Positions 17,880 through 28,216 of a stretch of 64,000 nucleotides of DNA are shown piece after piece. The translations under genes were made by a program, and so were the position numbers. The notes under the pieces were generated by a model. That model saw only the letters and a list, made by a program, of their open reading frames with translations. It did not search any database and was not told the DNA's origin. Every line of letters starts with the position of its first letter. The stretch's first letter is position 1. This DNA comes from an uncultured bacterium (GTDB lineage Bacteria; Bdellovibrionota; Bacteriovoracia; Bacteriovoracales; CAZZBM01), in NCBI GenBank assembly GCA_964652255.1, contig CAZZBM010000001.1, positions 312,920-376,919 of the forward strand, given 5' to 3'.

Positions 17880-18509
17880 ATGAATCCTTATGATCTTAAA
17901 CTTATGTCTTATTCTAAGGTCCTAAGGAATGAAGAGGGGTCTGTTTTTAAAGGAAAATGGTCTCATTATTTTAAAAACAAGTTTCCTTTAACCTTAGAAA
18001 TTGGAACAGGATTTGGTGGTTTTGCTCTTGAGTACTTAAAACAATTCTCTCAAGAAAATTTCATTGGACTAGATTATCGTTTTAAAAGGAGCTTACAACT
18101 CATTAAAAAACTAGAGAAGAATCACTTGTCTCAATATGTTTTTTTAAGAACAGGAGCTCATTCACTACCCTTATTTTTTGAAGAAGAAATTAATAAAGTC
18201 TTTCTTCTCTTCTCTGATCCATGGCCCAAAAAAAGACATCATAAAAAGAGGTTAGTTCAAAAAAATTTTATTGAACTTATAGCACCTTTATTAAAAAAAG
18301 GTGCTAAGGTTTTTATTAAAACTGATAATGAAGAGTATTTCAATTTCATGCTTCAGGAAGATTTCCCTAGCTTTGATTCTCTTTTCATGTCAAAAAATCT
18401 TCATCAAGAAGAACACAGTTTTGAAGAATTAAAGTTGTTGACAGATTTTGAAAAAATCTTTTTAGCCCAAAAAATACCTATTAAGGCACTTGTATTAGAG
18501 AAAAAATGA
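17880..18509 (+). CDS. trmB: tRNA (guanine-N7)-methyltransferase
   Basis: Motifs LEIGTGFGGF and LFSDPWPKKRHHKKR. Confidence 0.9.
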   Translation: MNPYDLKLMSYSKVLRNEEGSVFKGKWSHYFKNKFPLTLEIGTGFGGFALEYLKQFSQENFIGLDYRFKRSLQLIKKLEKNHLSQYVFLRTGAHSLPLFFEEEINKVFLLFSDPWPKKRHHKKRLVQKNFIELIAPLLKKGAKVFIKTDNEEYFNFMLQEDFPSFDSLFMSKNLHQEEHSFEELKLLTDFEKIFLAQKIPIKALVLEKK

Positions 18510-20146
18510 AAGCAGAAGAAATTTTACAAGAAATCAAACACCAACCTATTTCATTTTTTATTGAAAAGTATATTCCTCTAACAAAAAAAGGGGCTCAATA
18601 TGAAGCCTTATGTCCTTTTCATCAAGATTCACATCCTTCTTTAAAAGTAAGTGATGAGAAGCAAGTTTTTAAATGCTTTGCTTGTAATGAAGCAGGGGAT
18701 GCTATAAGTTTTATTCAAAAATTTAAAAATATTTCTTTTATGGAAGCTTTAAAAGAAGCAGGTTCTTATTTAGGGCTATCTTTGGAAGAGAAAATTTCTT
18801 ACAAACCTTATTGGAATTTTTTAGAGCAACTTGTTTATCGTTATCATGAAGCAGGATTAAAAAATGAAAATTTTTTATCTTTTCTAAAAAAAAGAAAGCT
18901 TAGCTTGTCTACAGCTAAGTATTTTCTCATGGGTTTTAGCGAGGAGGGTTTAGTAGAAAAAAATTCTATCAGTCAAGAGCTTGGTTATCATTTTGGTTAC
19001 AGAGAATTTTTTAAAAATCGTTTCATGATTCCTATTAAATTTAAAAATAAATATGTTGGTTTCACAGCTCGAAGCTTGGAAAACGAACAACCTAAGTATT
19101 TAAATTCTAAAGAATCAAAAATTTTTAAAAAGAGAGATATTCTTTTTCATTTAGAGGAAGCTAAGTCTCAACAAGATTTTTTAATTTTAGTAGAAGGACA
19201 TTTAGATGTGGCTTCTCTTTATGAACAAGGAATTAAGCAAAGCTGTGCTTTAATGGGACTTTCTTTTGAACCTAGTTTGATTCATCATTTTTCTTCTTTT
19301 AAAAAAATTTATTTTGCTTTAGATCAAGATGAACCTGGAAAGAAATTTAGTTTAAAACTTCATGATATTTTTCTTCAACATCAATATCTTGTTCGTTATT
19401 TAAACCCAAGTCCTTATAAGGATTTAGATGAATTCTTAACTCAAGGAGGAGATTTAAATAAATTATTAGAACAAGCTCCTCTTTATCTCGATTTACTTAT
19501 TGAAGATCTTCTGATTCAAAAAAATTCAAGATTAGAAGATAATTTAAATTTATTAAAAAAAATTTTTCTTCTTTTAAAGCCTCTTGGACGAGATCCTTTT
19601 GTATTAGAAAAACTTCTAGAGGTAAGAGATAAGCTTAATTTAAAGATGAGTGAAGATGCTTTACTTAATTTTCAAGTAGAGAAATCTAGTTTTTCAAAAA
19701 GAGTAATTGCTTCTTCTCAAGAAGAATTAAATTCCAGTGAAAGGACTTTTCTAAAAACTTTTTCACTTTACCCTGATCTTTTTTTAGAAGAACTAGAAGT
19801 CTATACTCAAGAAATTTCTTCTTCTCTTTTAAGTTTTGCTAAGAATTTACAAAGGCTCTATTTAGAAGGGTCCTTAGATTTATTAAAAGAATCTTTAAAA
19901 ACAAGCTTAACTTTATTTCAGGGAAAAGAGTCTTGGAGAAACTTTGTCTTAAAATACATAGAGAGTCGATCAAACTTGACTCTTGATGAGAAAAATCGTA
20001 AAAAGTTGTCGAGGGATTTGCTTTTGGAATTAAGAAAAAAAAGACTAGTACAAGAGAGGTCTTTTTTACTAGAACAAAAGCCTATTGCATTAGATCAACT
20101 TCAAAAGATTAATCAAGAAATACAATCTCTAGGGAAGGATACATGA
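18506..20146 (+). CDS. dnaG: DNA primase
   Basis: Zinc ribbon ([30 protein letters not shown]) and TOPRIM motifs (VEGHLDV, LDQDEPG). Start overlaps the trmB stop. Confidence 0.92.
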   Translation: MKAEEILQEIKHQPISFFIEKYIPLTKKGAQYEALCPFHQDSHPSLKVSDEKQVFKCFACNEAGDAISFIQKFKNISFMEALKEAGSYLGLSLEEKISYKPYWNFLEQLVYRYHEAGLKNENFLSFLKKRKLSLSTAKYFLMGFSEEGLVEKNSISQELGYHFGYREFFKNRFMIPIKFKNKYVGFTARSLENEQPKYLNSKESKIFKKRDILFHLEEAKSQQDFLILVEGHLDVASLYEQGIKQSCALMGLSFEPSLIHHFSSFKKIYFALDQDEPGKKFSLKLHDIFLQHQYLVRYLNPSPYKDLDEFLTQGGDLNKLLEQAPLYLDLLIEDLLIQKNSRLEDNLNLLKKIFLLLKPLGRDPFVLEKLLEVRDKLNLKMSEDALLNFQVEKSSFSKRVIASSQEELNSSERTFLKTFSLYPDLFLEELEVYTQEISSSLLSFAKNLQRLYLEGSLDLLKESLKTSLTLFQGKESWRNFVLKYIESRSNLTLDEKNRKKLSRDLLLELRKKRLVQERSFLLEQKPIALDQLQKINQEIQSLGKDT

Positions 20147-21858
20147 GATTAGCTGAATTTTTAAAATCAAAAAAATTTCTACACTTTCTACAAGAATCAA
20201 AAGATCTTGGTGAAACTAGCATTGATCAACTTAATGATATTATTCCTGTTCAAATCACTTCTTTTAGGGATTTAGATGAAATTTTAGATCTCTTTGAAAC
20301 GAAAAACATTACTCTTAAGGGTGTTGTCGAAGATTTTGAAGAAGAAATTATTGAAAGTGAATCTAAAGAAAAAGAAGAAGATTTTTTTGCTAAAAGTTCA
20401 GATCCAGTTAAGCTGTATTTAAAAAAGATGGGTTCAGTTCCTCTTCTTTCAAGAGAAGGAGAGATTGAAATCGCTAAGGAAATTGAACAAGGAGAAAAAG
20501 AAATTATCACCTCTTCTCTTTCTTCTTTTCATGCTGTTGAAGAACTTTTAAAGTTAAAAGAAAAAATAGAGCAAGCTGAAAATCCTTTAGAATTTGTCAA
20601 AGACTTGGTAAGAGGTCTTGATGATCAATCTAAAGAAAGTGAAATTTTAGCTGTTAAAAAAAAGATCTTTCAAGTCATTGATCAGGCTAATTATTTTTAT
20701 CAACTTTTAAAAAAACAAGGAGACTCCTTTTCTTTAAAAAAATTAAAGCCTCAAGATAGAGCTCTTTATGATAAATTAAATGAAGAACTCATTCAATTAA
20801 CTTTTAATAGAAAAATCATTAATAGTTTTGTTGAGCCTTTAAAAAAGTATTTTTTTAAATTTAAGGAACTCATTGAACAACAAGAAAGAAACTTAAAATT
20901 TTTAGAAATAGACGAAAATGAGTATAAAAAATCTTTTACTCAGTTTCAAAAAGATGAATCTTATAGAAAATCTCTCTCAAAAAAACTTTATGCAGCTGAG
21001 GCTAAATTAGAGCAAATTTTTAGAATGATTGAAGATAATCGTAGAAAACTTATAAGACTAGAAGAAGAAGCGGGTCTTCCTTTTGAAGAAATTCAAAGAG
21101 TTTATGAGGTTATTCTTAAGGGTGAAGAGAGAGCTGATAGAGCAAAATCCCAATTAGTTGAAGCCAATTTAAGATTAGTAGTTTCAATTTCTAAAAAATA
21201 TACCAATCGTGGGTTGCAATTCTTAGACCTTATTCAAGAAGGTAACATTGGTCTCATGAAAGCAGTGGATAAATTTGAATATCGACGTGGTTTTAAATTT
21301 TCAACTTATGCCACTTGGTGGATTCGCCAAGCTATTACAAGAGCTATTGCGGATCAAGGAAGAACCATTAGAGTTCCTGTCCATATGATTGAAACTATTA
21401 ATAAGCTTTCTAGGATTAACAGACAGCTTATTCAAGAGCTTGGTCGTGAACCCACTCCAGAGGAGCTAGCAGAAAAAATGGAAATGCCTGTGGATAAAGT
21501 CAAGAAAGTTTTTAAAATTTCAAAAGAACCTATTAGTCTAGAAACTCCTATTGGAGAAGAAGAAGATAGTACTCTGGGTGATTTTATTGAAGATAGAAAA
21601 TTACTTTCTCCTCAAGAAGCTATGATGAACGTTATCTTAGCTGAACAAACAAGACAATTATTAGCCACTTTAACTCCAAGAGAAGAAAAGGTTTTAAGAA
21701 TGCGTTTTGGTGTTGGAGAAAAATCAGATCATACTTTAGAAGAAGTAGGACAAGATTTTTTTGTAACCAGAGAGAGAATTAGGCAAATTGAAGCCAAAGC
21801 TTTAAGAAAACTAAGGCATCCTAGTCGTGCAAAAATATTAAAAGACTATAACATTTAA
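20143..21858 (+). CDS. rpoD: RNA polymerase primary sigma factor
   Basis: Regions 2-4 are highly conserved ([53 protein letters not shown]; [30 protein letters not shown]). Confidence 0.97.
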   Translation: MRLAEFLKSKKFLHFLQESKDLGETSIDQLNDIIPVQITSFRDLDEILDLFETKNITLKGVVEDFEEEIIESESKEKEEDFFAKSSDPVKLYLKKMGSVPLLSREGEIEIAKEIEQGEKEIITSSLSSFHAVEELLKLKEKIEQAENPLEFVKDLVRGLDDQSKESEILAVKKKIFQVIDQANYFYQLLKKQGDSFSLKKLKPQDRALYDKLNEELIQLTFNRKIINSFVEPLKKYFFKFKELIEQQERNLKFLEIDENEYKKSFTQFQKDESYRKSLSKKLYAAEAKLEQIFRMIEDNRRKLIRLEEEAGLPFEEIQRVYEVILKGEERADRAKSQLVEANLRLVVSISKKYTNRGLQFLDLIQEGNIGLMKAVDKFEYRRGFKFSTYATWWIRQAITRAIADQGRTIRVPVHMIETINKLSRINRQLIQELGREPTPEELAEKMEMPVDKVKKVFKISKEPISLETPIGEEEDSTLGDFIEDRKLLSPQEAMMNVILAEQTRQLLATLTPREEKVLRMRFGVGEKSDHTLEEVGQDFFVTRERIRQIEAKALRKLRHPSRAKILKDYNI

Positions 21859-24242
21859 TGAAACTTCTAGAAGAAGATATTCATATTTCTTTTATTAAGA
21901 AGTCTTATAATAAGATCATTGTTTCAGCTTTAGTAAATGACTATTCAGTTCATCTTAATGGCTCTTCTTCTACTTGTTCTTGTTCTGAAGAAAATCATTG
22001 TGTTCATGTTAATTCTTTAAAAAATCATTTAAATCATTACTTGCACTCTTATTTAGACCATATTATTAAACCCTATGCTTTACATTCTTTTTTAAAATCT
22101 TCTTTAAATTTTCCAGATAATAAAAAAAAACTTCCTTTAAAAAGTTTGACTTTTTATTCCCTGGAGAAGAAAAAATTTTTTTTTCAACCTAAGGTTTTTT
22201 TCACAGAAACTCTTATGTTTAAATTCTATGAAAAAAAATTAGAGCATCCTAATAAAATATTAACTCTCATTGAATCTTATTTACTTGATTGGAAAGAAGG
22301 TGTTTTTTACTTTCTAAAAGAAGATCTTCTCTCTTACTTAAAATCCATGCAAGAAAGAAGCATTGAAGAGCTTACTTTTAATAAGCATCCTCAGGTAATT
22401 TTACAAAGTTGGTCCTCTCAAACAGACAAGGCTAAAAAAATCAATCCAGGTCTTGAATTGCAAATAAGAGGTCATCAATTGTTTATTCAAAAAGGTTTTT
22501 TTACTGATTTTTTTTATTATTTCAAAGAGGAAGATCTTCATAAAGAAGAAGACTCTTTTTTTCATATAAATGATACTTTTTATTATTTACCCTTGGATCA
22601 TCTTAAAGATTTTAAAAAAAAAATTTCCCCTTTTTTTAGCAAAAAAAATCATTATTTAAACAGTGAAGATCAAGCTTTAGAAATTATTTTCTTTTGCCAA
22701 AAAAATAATATTCCTATTTATTTTAATCAACATTTACTCCAAGAAAAAAAAATAATTGCTAATATTAAAGATGATCTATCTAAAAAAATAGAATCTCTTT
22801 CTTCCAATTTTTTACAAGATTTACATGAGGGTTTTTTTCTTTCAGAAAGAGATTATTTTTTAATTCAGCTTTTTAAAAATAAAAAAAACAAGCATTTATT
22901 CTCTGATGAATTTAAAAAATTTTTAGGTTTTTTTAAAGAATTTGAAGAATTTTTTCCAGAAGAAAAAAATCCTAGCCCAACCTTGGAAGAAAATCTTTTA
23001 AGAGATTATCAAAAAGAGGGTGTCCTTTGGTTGTTGCAACTAACTGAAAAAGGTTTTGGAGCTATTTTAGGTGATGACATGGGTTTAGGAAAAACAAGAC
23101 AAGTTCTTTTTTTTCTAAAATATAGTACTTTTAAAAAGATTCTCATTGTTACACCTATGAGCTTGCTTTTTCATTGGAAAGAAGAAATCTCTACTTATCT
23201 TCCTGATAGAAGTCTTTGTTTTTATCACGGACTTAAAAGAGAATATAAAGATGAAGATATTCTGTTAACTTCTTATCAAATTTTTAGAAAAGAAGAAGAA
23301 AACTTAAGTGATAGAAATTTTTCTATCATCATATTTGATGAAATTCAATTTTTAAAAAATGAATCTTCTAAAACAACCAAAGTCGCTAAAAATTTTCCAG
23401 GAATCAAAATAGGTCTTACAGGAACTCCTTTTGAAAATCATCTACAAGAATTAGTTACTCTTGTTAAAATTTGTTTACCATTTTTAAGTATTCAAAAAAA
23501 AGAACCCTTTTTATTAAAAAAGATTATTCAACCTTTTTTATTAAGAAGAAAAAGAGATCATGTTTTAAAAGATCTTCCTTCTAAACAAGAACAGTATATT
23601 TATTTAGAGTTTTCTCCGAAGGAACAATCTTCTTACGATCAATTAAATTCTTCTTTAAGAAAAGTCTTAGAAGAAGAAAATCAATCTATTGAAATTTTAA
23701 AAATTTTCACTAAGCTCAGATTAGCTTGTTTATATCAGCAGAATATGAGTACTAAGATTGAATTTTTAAAAGAACAAATTTCTTCTTTAGAAGATAAAAA
23801 AGTTTTGATTTTTTCACAATTTACTTCTTTTTTAGATATTCTGCAGCAACACTTTCCTAACTCTTTAAGACTAGATGGAACCATGGATCAGAAAAAAAGA
23901 GAAGAAATGGTGAATAAATTTAAAAGCTCTTCTCAATCAGAACTGTTTCTGATTAGTCTTAAAGCTGGAGGACAAGGGTTAAACTTACAAGAAGCTTCTT
24001 ATGTTTTTTTAATGGATCCTTGGTGGAATCCAGCCGTAGAAGACCAAGCCATTGGTCGTAGCTATAGATTAGGTCAACAAAATTTTGTTCATGTCTTTAA
24101 ACCTATTATCAAAGGTTCTATTGAAGAGAAAGTTCTTCTCATGAAAGAAGATAAGAAGATTCTCTTTGATCATTTTTTAGAAGGATTTCATGAAGGGGAG
24201 GGTTTAGAGTCTTTTATTAAAGAACTCAAAAATACTCTTTAA
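21858..24242 (+). CDS. SNF2-family ATPase/helicase with an N-terminal SWIM-like zinc finger
   Basis: CSCSEENHCVH (SWIM-like). Helicase motifs DDMGLGKT (I), FDEIQFLKN (II), LTGTPFEN (III), and LKAGGQGLNLQEASYVFLMDPWWNPAVEDQAIGRSYRLGQ (V/VI). The ATG shares one nt with the rpoD TAA. Confidence 0.9.
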   Translation: MKLLEEDIHISFIKKSYNKIIVSALVNDYSVHLNGSSSTCSCSEENHCVHVNSLKNHLNHYLHSYLDHIIKPYALHSFLKSSLNFPDNKKKLPLKSLTFYSLEKKKFFFQPKVFFTETLMFKFYEKKLEHPNKILTLIESYLLDWKEGVFYFLKEDLLSYLKSMQERSIEELTFNKHPQVILQSWSSQTDKAKKINPGLELQIRGHQLFIQKGFFTDFFYYFKEEDLHKEEDSFFHINDTFYYLPLDHLKDFKKKISPFFSKKNHYLNSEDQALEIIFFCQKNNIPIYFNQHLLQEKKIIANIKDDLSKKIESLSSNFLQDLHEGFFLSERDYFLIQLFKNKKNKHLFSDEFKKFLGFFKEFEEFFPEEKNPSPTLEENLLRDYQKEGVLWLLQLTEKGFGAILGDDMGLGKTRQVLFFLKYSTFKKILIVTPMSLLFHWKEEISTYLPDRSLCFYHGLKREYKDEDILLTSYQIFRKEEENLSDRNFSIIIFDEIQFLKNESSKTTKVAKNFPGIKIGLTGTPFENHLQELVTLVKICLPFLSIQKKEPFLLKKIIQPFLLRRKRDHVLKDLPSKQEQYIYLEFSPKEQSSYDQLNSSLRKVLEEENQSIEILKIFTKLRLACLYQQNMSTKIEFLKEQISSLEDKKVLIFSQFTSFLDILQQHFPNSLRLDGTMDQKKREEMVNKFKSSSQSELFLISLKAGGQGLNLQEASYVFLMDPWWNPAVEDQAIGRSYRLGQQNFVHVFKPIIKGSIEEKVLLMKEDKKILFDHFLEGFHEGEGLESFIKELKNTL

Positions 24243-24766
24243 AAGACCCAAGGATAAAATTTGGATAAAAATTCTTTAAAACTTAAATGTTGATAATGTT
24301 TACTCTTATCTAGAAGATGTTCCCACTCTAGAGTTGATAATCTTGTTTTATAAAGAAAAGGTTTAATTTCTTTAGGAAAAGAAAGTATTCCAGGAAGAAT
24401 AAAATATTCTTGATTAAATTCCACAAGACGACCTGAAAAAACATCTCCTTGCATTAATAATGGGTGAGGGGGGCTTAAAATATATTTTTCTTGAGTAACT
24501 AAATCAGTAAGATTTTTTTTACTTAAAAATTTTTTTTTATATTCAAAAAGACTGTGCTTAGATTTTTTTAAAGATTCTTGAACAGTCACTGGAAGTGAAA
24601 AATTTTTCATGTATTTAATAAGAATCCAATCTAAAAAATTATCTAATCTTTCTTCTTTGTAATCTTCTTTTAAGGTATGTTTAAAAAACAATTCTCGTTC
24701 TTTTAAAAAAACTTCTCTTGGAATATCTTCACTATAATTTTTCCATTGATTTAAAAATTGCTCCAA
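24239..24766 (-). CDS. Hypothetical protein
   Basis: 175-aa ORF starting directly after the lepA stop with no gap. No motif recognised. Confidence 0.5.
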   Translation of the reverse strand: MEQFLNQWKNYSEDIPREVFLKERELFFKHTLKEDYKEERLDNFLDWILIKYMKNFSLPVTVQESLKKSKHSLFEYKKKFLSKKNLTDLVTQEKYILSPPHPLLMQGDVFSGRLVEFNQEYFILPGILSFPKEIKPFLYKTRLSTLEWEHLLDKSKHYQHLSFKEFLSKFYPWVF

Positions 24767-26551
24767 TCACTCCTCCACTTTTAGAACAGCCAAAAAAGCC
24801 TCTTGAGGAACTTCTACTCTTCCTACCATTTTCATTCTTTTCTTTCCTTCTTTTTGTTTTTCAAGAAGTTTTCTTTTTCTAGTAATATCTCCACCGTAAC
24901 ACTTCGCTAAAACATTTTTTCTTAAGGCTTTAATTGTTTCACGAGCAAGAACTTTTTGTCCAATGGCAGCTTGAATGATGACTTCAAATTGTTGTCTTTC
25001 AATAATTTTTTGAAGCCTTTGAGTGAGATCACGACCTTTATTATAAGCCTGAGATCGATGACAAATTAAAGAAAGAGCATCTACTTTTTCTCCATTAAGA
25101 AGAATATCTAATTTTACAAGATCACTTGTTTCATAATCAGTGAGTTCATAATCCATACTTGCATAGCCCTTAGATAAGCTTTTGAGTTGATCATAAAAAT
25201 CAAACATCATTTCATTCAAAGGAATTAAATAGGTGAGCATCACTCTTGTACTTGTTAGGTACTGCATATCTCTTTGTATTCCTCTTCTTTCTTGGCAAAG
25301 CTGGATAATATTACCTAAAAAATCTTGAGGAACATGAAGAGTCATTTTTACAAAAGGCTCTTTAATAAAATCAATAGCTCCCTGCTCTGGAAATTTTGAA
25401 GGATTATCTAAAAGAAGAATTTCTTTATTATTTAAATGAAGCTCATAGGAACAAGAAGGAGCTGTGGAGATAAGATTTAATTGAAATTCTCTTTCTAGTC
25501 TTTCTTGAATAATATTCATATGTAAAAGACCTAAAAAACCACAACGATAACCAAGCCCAAGAGCTAAGGATTGATCCATAACATAGGTAAAAGAAGAATC
25601 ATTTAAAGAGAGCTTTTCTAAAGCTTCTTTTAAAGATTCAAAATCTTCAGTATTCACAGGAAAAAGACCACAAAAGACCATAGGCTTAATGTCTTTATAA
25701 CCTGCTAAAGCGGGAGTATTTTCTTTAAAAACCAAGGTGTCTCCAATTTTAATATCACGAAGATTTTTAATTCCACAGATTAAAATTCCAACTTCTCCTG
25801 CTTCCAAACTATCAATTTCTTGAAAAAAAGGTGATTGGATAGCAATCTTGATCACTTCATATTTTTGATTAGTGTGTTTAAAATAAATTTTTTGACCTCT
25901 AGTCACCTTACCTTCAAAGACTCTCACAAGGATAACCACTCCTTGATAGGGATCAAACCAAGAATCAAAAATTAATGCTTGAAAATCATGAGAAATCAGA
26001 CCCTTGGGACTGGGAATTTTTTTAACCAAAACTTTTAGAAGATCCTGAACTCCAAGTCCTGTTTTTGCTGAAATTAAAGGAGCATCACTAGCATCAAGAC
26101 CAATGATATCTTCAATTTCTTTTTTCACTCTTTCAACATCAGCATGAGGTAAATCAATTTTATTAATCACAGGAATAATTTCTAAGTTGTAATCCAGTGC
26201 CTGATAAACATTAGCTAGGGTTTGTGCTTGAATTCCTTGGGAAGCATCCACAACAAGAAGAGCTCCCTCGCAACAAGCTAAAGAACGACTTACTTCATAG
26301 GTAAAATCCACATGACCAGGGGTATCAATAAGATTAAGCTGATAATCAATTCCATCTAAAGAGTAACTTAAACGAACAGTTTGGGCTTTAATAGTAATTC
26401 CTCTTTCTCTTTCAATATCCATATTATCTAGAAATTGATGAGTCATAGAGCGAGTTGCCACTGCCTGGGTTTCTTCAATAAATCGATCAGCTAAAGTAGA
26501 TTTACCATGATCAATATGGGCTATAATAGAAAAATTTTTAATATGTTTCAT
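24767..26551 (-). CDS. lepA: Elongation factor 4 (LepA)
   Basis: Motifs [26 protein letters not shown] and NKIDL, plus the LepA-specific C-terminus ([24 protein letters not shown]). Confidence 0.97.
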   Translation of the reverse strand: MKHIKNFSIIAHIDHGKSTLADRFIEETQAVATRSMTHQFLDNMDIERERGITIKAQTVRLSYSLDGIDYQLNLIDTPGHVDFTYEVSRSLACCEGALLVVDASQGIQAQTLANVYQALDYNLEIIPVINKIDLPHADVERVKKEIEDIIGLDASDAPLISAKTGLGVQDLLKVLVKKIPSPKGLISHDFQALIFDSWFDPYQGVVILVRVFEGKVTRGQKIYFKHTNQKYEVIKIAIQSPFFQEIDSLEAGEVGILICGIKNLRDIKIGDTLVFKENTPALAGYKDIKPMVFCGLFPVNTEDFESLKEALEKLSLNDSSFTYVMDQSLALGLGYRCGFLGLLHMNIIQERLEREFQLNLISTAPSCSYELHLNNKEILLLDNPSKFPEQGAIDFIKEPFVKMTLHVPQDFLGNIIQLCQERRGIQRDMQYLTSTRVMLTYLIPLNEMMFDFYDQLKSLSKGYASMDYELTDYETSDLVKLDILLNGEKVDALSLICHRSQAYNKGRDLTQRLQKIIERQQFEVIIQAAIGQKVLARETIKALRKNVLAKCYGGDITRKRKLLEKQKEGKKRMKMVGRVEVPQEAFLAVLKVEE

Positions 26552-26555
26552 GCAA

Positions 26556-27539
26556 TCAGTTTCTACTGATATACACTAAATAATAGTCTTGTCCAAGTCC
26601 CCTAATGGGATAACTACTGACAAAACCTTCATAGTTTTTATCTTCATCTAATTCATATTGAATCTGAATGGTTTCTTGTTCAATTTTTTCATCTGTTTCA
26701 AGAACTCGATAAATAAGCTCTTTAAGCTTTTTATCTAAAGGAGTTTCTTCATAGTATTTATTAATAAATTCTGTAGATTCTCTTTGCACAATAGAGTAAA
26801 ATTCATTACTTAAGTAATGAATTTTACCTTCAGCATTAAAGATGAGAATAGGACTTTTTAAGATTTGAGTTAAAATATCAAATTTTTTTTGTTCTAACTG
26901 AATTCTATCGACTCTTAGTTGTTCAAAGTATTTTAATTGTTCTGCAAGTTTTATAATTTCTTTTGTTAAAGGTTGAAGCTCTTGGCTATATTCTTCTATG
27001 GGAAGAAAAATATTAAAATACCCTTTCTGCATATCTTGTAAAGATCTTAAGTGTTTTTTAAAATTATACTTCTGAAATCTTTGAAGAATGAGACTTAAAA
27101 GTAAAAAAGAAAAAATAAAAATAACAAAAAAAACTTTAAAAAAGAAAAGAAAATCTAATTGAGATTTAGGAAGAGAAAGTTGTTTTAATAGTTTTTCATA
27201 GGAAATAAAAAAAGCAAGATAATTATCTTGTGCTCCAGAGATTAAGTTTTCAAGATTTTTTCTTAAATCTTTAATCATTTCTTTAGGCTCTTCTATGTTC
27301 ATGAGATAAGCTGATAAGTGCTTTAGGTTTTGATGAAAAATCTCTTTGGGATCTTTTTTTAAATAATTTTCTGTAATTTTAAAAAGTTGTTGATGAAGAT
27401 ATTCTACATGAACGAAGTGTTTTTTTTGTAATTCTCTTTCTTGAAAAATAGCTTTTTGCAGTTCGTTAATTAAAAGAAAGGTAGAAAAGAAAAATAAAAA
27501 AAGGACTCCTTGAAAAAAAAAGAGTTGTTTTTTTTTCAT
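26556..27539 (-). CDS. Two-TM sensor-like protein with HAMP-like and PAS-like regions and no output domain
   Basis: TM1 ([19 protein letters not shown]), an extracytoplasmic segment of about 110 aa, then TM2 ([21 protein letters not shown]). A HAMP-like stretch follows ([39 protein letters not shown]). A PAS-like start comes next ([26 protein letters not shown]). The ORF ends 4 nt before lepA. Confidence 0.55.
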   Translation of the reverse strand: MKKKQLFFFQGVLFLFFFSTFLLINELQKAIFQERELQKKHFVHVEYLHQQLFKITENYLKKDPKEIFHQNLKHLSAYLMNIEEPKEMIKDLRKNLENLISGAQDNYLAFFISYEKLLKQLSLPKSQLDFLFFFKVFFVIFIFSFLLLSLILQRFQKYNFKKHLRSLQDMQKGYFNIFLPIEEYSQELQPLTKEIIKLAEQLKYFEQLRVDRIQLEQKKFDILTQILKSPILIFNAEGKIHYLSNEFYSIVQRESTEFINKYYEETPLDKKLKELIYRVLETDEKIEQETIQIQYELDEDKNYEGFVSSYPIRGLGQDYYLVYISRN

Positions 27540-28216
27540 AAAAACTCCTTAAGAAGCTCTTCCACATCTTCAGTAAGACCTCCTACTAAAAGTAAGTCTC
27601 CTTCAAAAAACTTTTCAGGTTCTTTTTCATAGAGTAAATCAAAAGCAATAAATCCCTGTTCATCTAAAGTAGGCTTCGATTTTCCATAACCCAAAACTTG
27701 TATTTTACTTAAATTATATTCTTTACAAGAAGTATTATCTAAATGAGAAGGAATCATGACTTCTGCAATAGTATAATAATCTAAAAAATTTATTTTTTTT
27801 CTTAAAAAAGGTGCCATAATCTGATCTGAGAGAATTTCAGCCATTTCCTCTTCTAAAGACAACACTTGAGTAGCTCCTATTTCTTTTAAAATTTGTTCTT
27901 GAATAGTATTGCTTGCTCTGGCAATAATTTTACTAATTCCCAATCTTTTTAAAAGAACAATGGTCATAATAGTTTTTTCTAAATGTTCTCCCATGGCTAC
28001 TAAAGCTACGTGAGCTTCTTGTAAATTAATCTCTCTTAAAGCTAATTCATTAGTAATGTCACACTGAACAGCTTCAGTCACTTGATGTTTAATTCTATCT
28101 AAAACCTCAGGATCTTCATCAATGGCAAGAACCTCAGCTCCTTTTTGTTGAAGCTTTGTAGCCATTTTAAAACCAAATTTTCCCAAACCAATTACAGCAA
28201 CAATCATATTTTTCAT
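27536..28216 (-). CDS. trkA: Trk/Ktr potassium uptake system, NAD-binding regulatory subunit
   Basis: Rossmann motif (VIGLGKFGFKMATKLQQKGAEVLAIDEDPE, TrkA-N) plus a TrkA-C-like C-terminus. Overlaps the trkH stop. Confidence 0.85.
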   Translation of the reverse strand: MKNMIVAVIGLGKFGFKMATKLQQKGAEVLAIDEDPEVLDRIKHQVTEAVQCDITNELALREINLQEAHVALVAMGEHLEKTIMTIVLLKRLGISKIIARASNTIQEQILKEIGATQVLSLEEEMAEILSDQIMAPFLRKKINFLDYYTIAEVMIPSHLDNTSCKEYNLSKIQVLGYGKSKPTLDEQGFIAFDLLYEKEPEKFFEGDLLLVGGLTEDVEELLKEFL

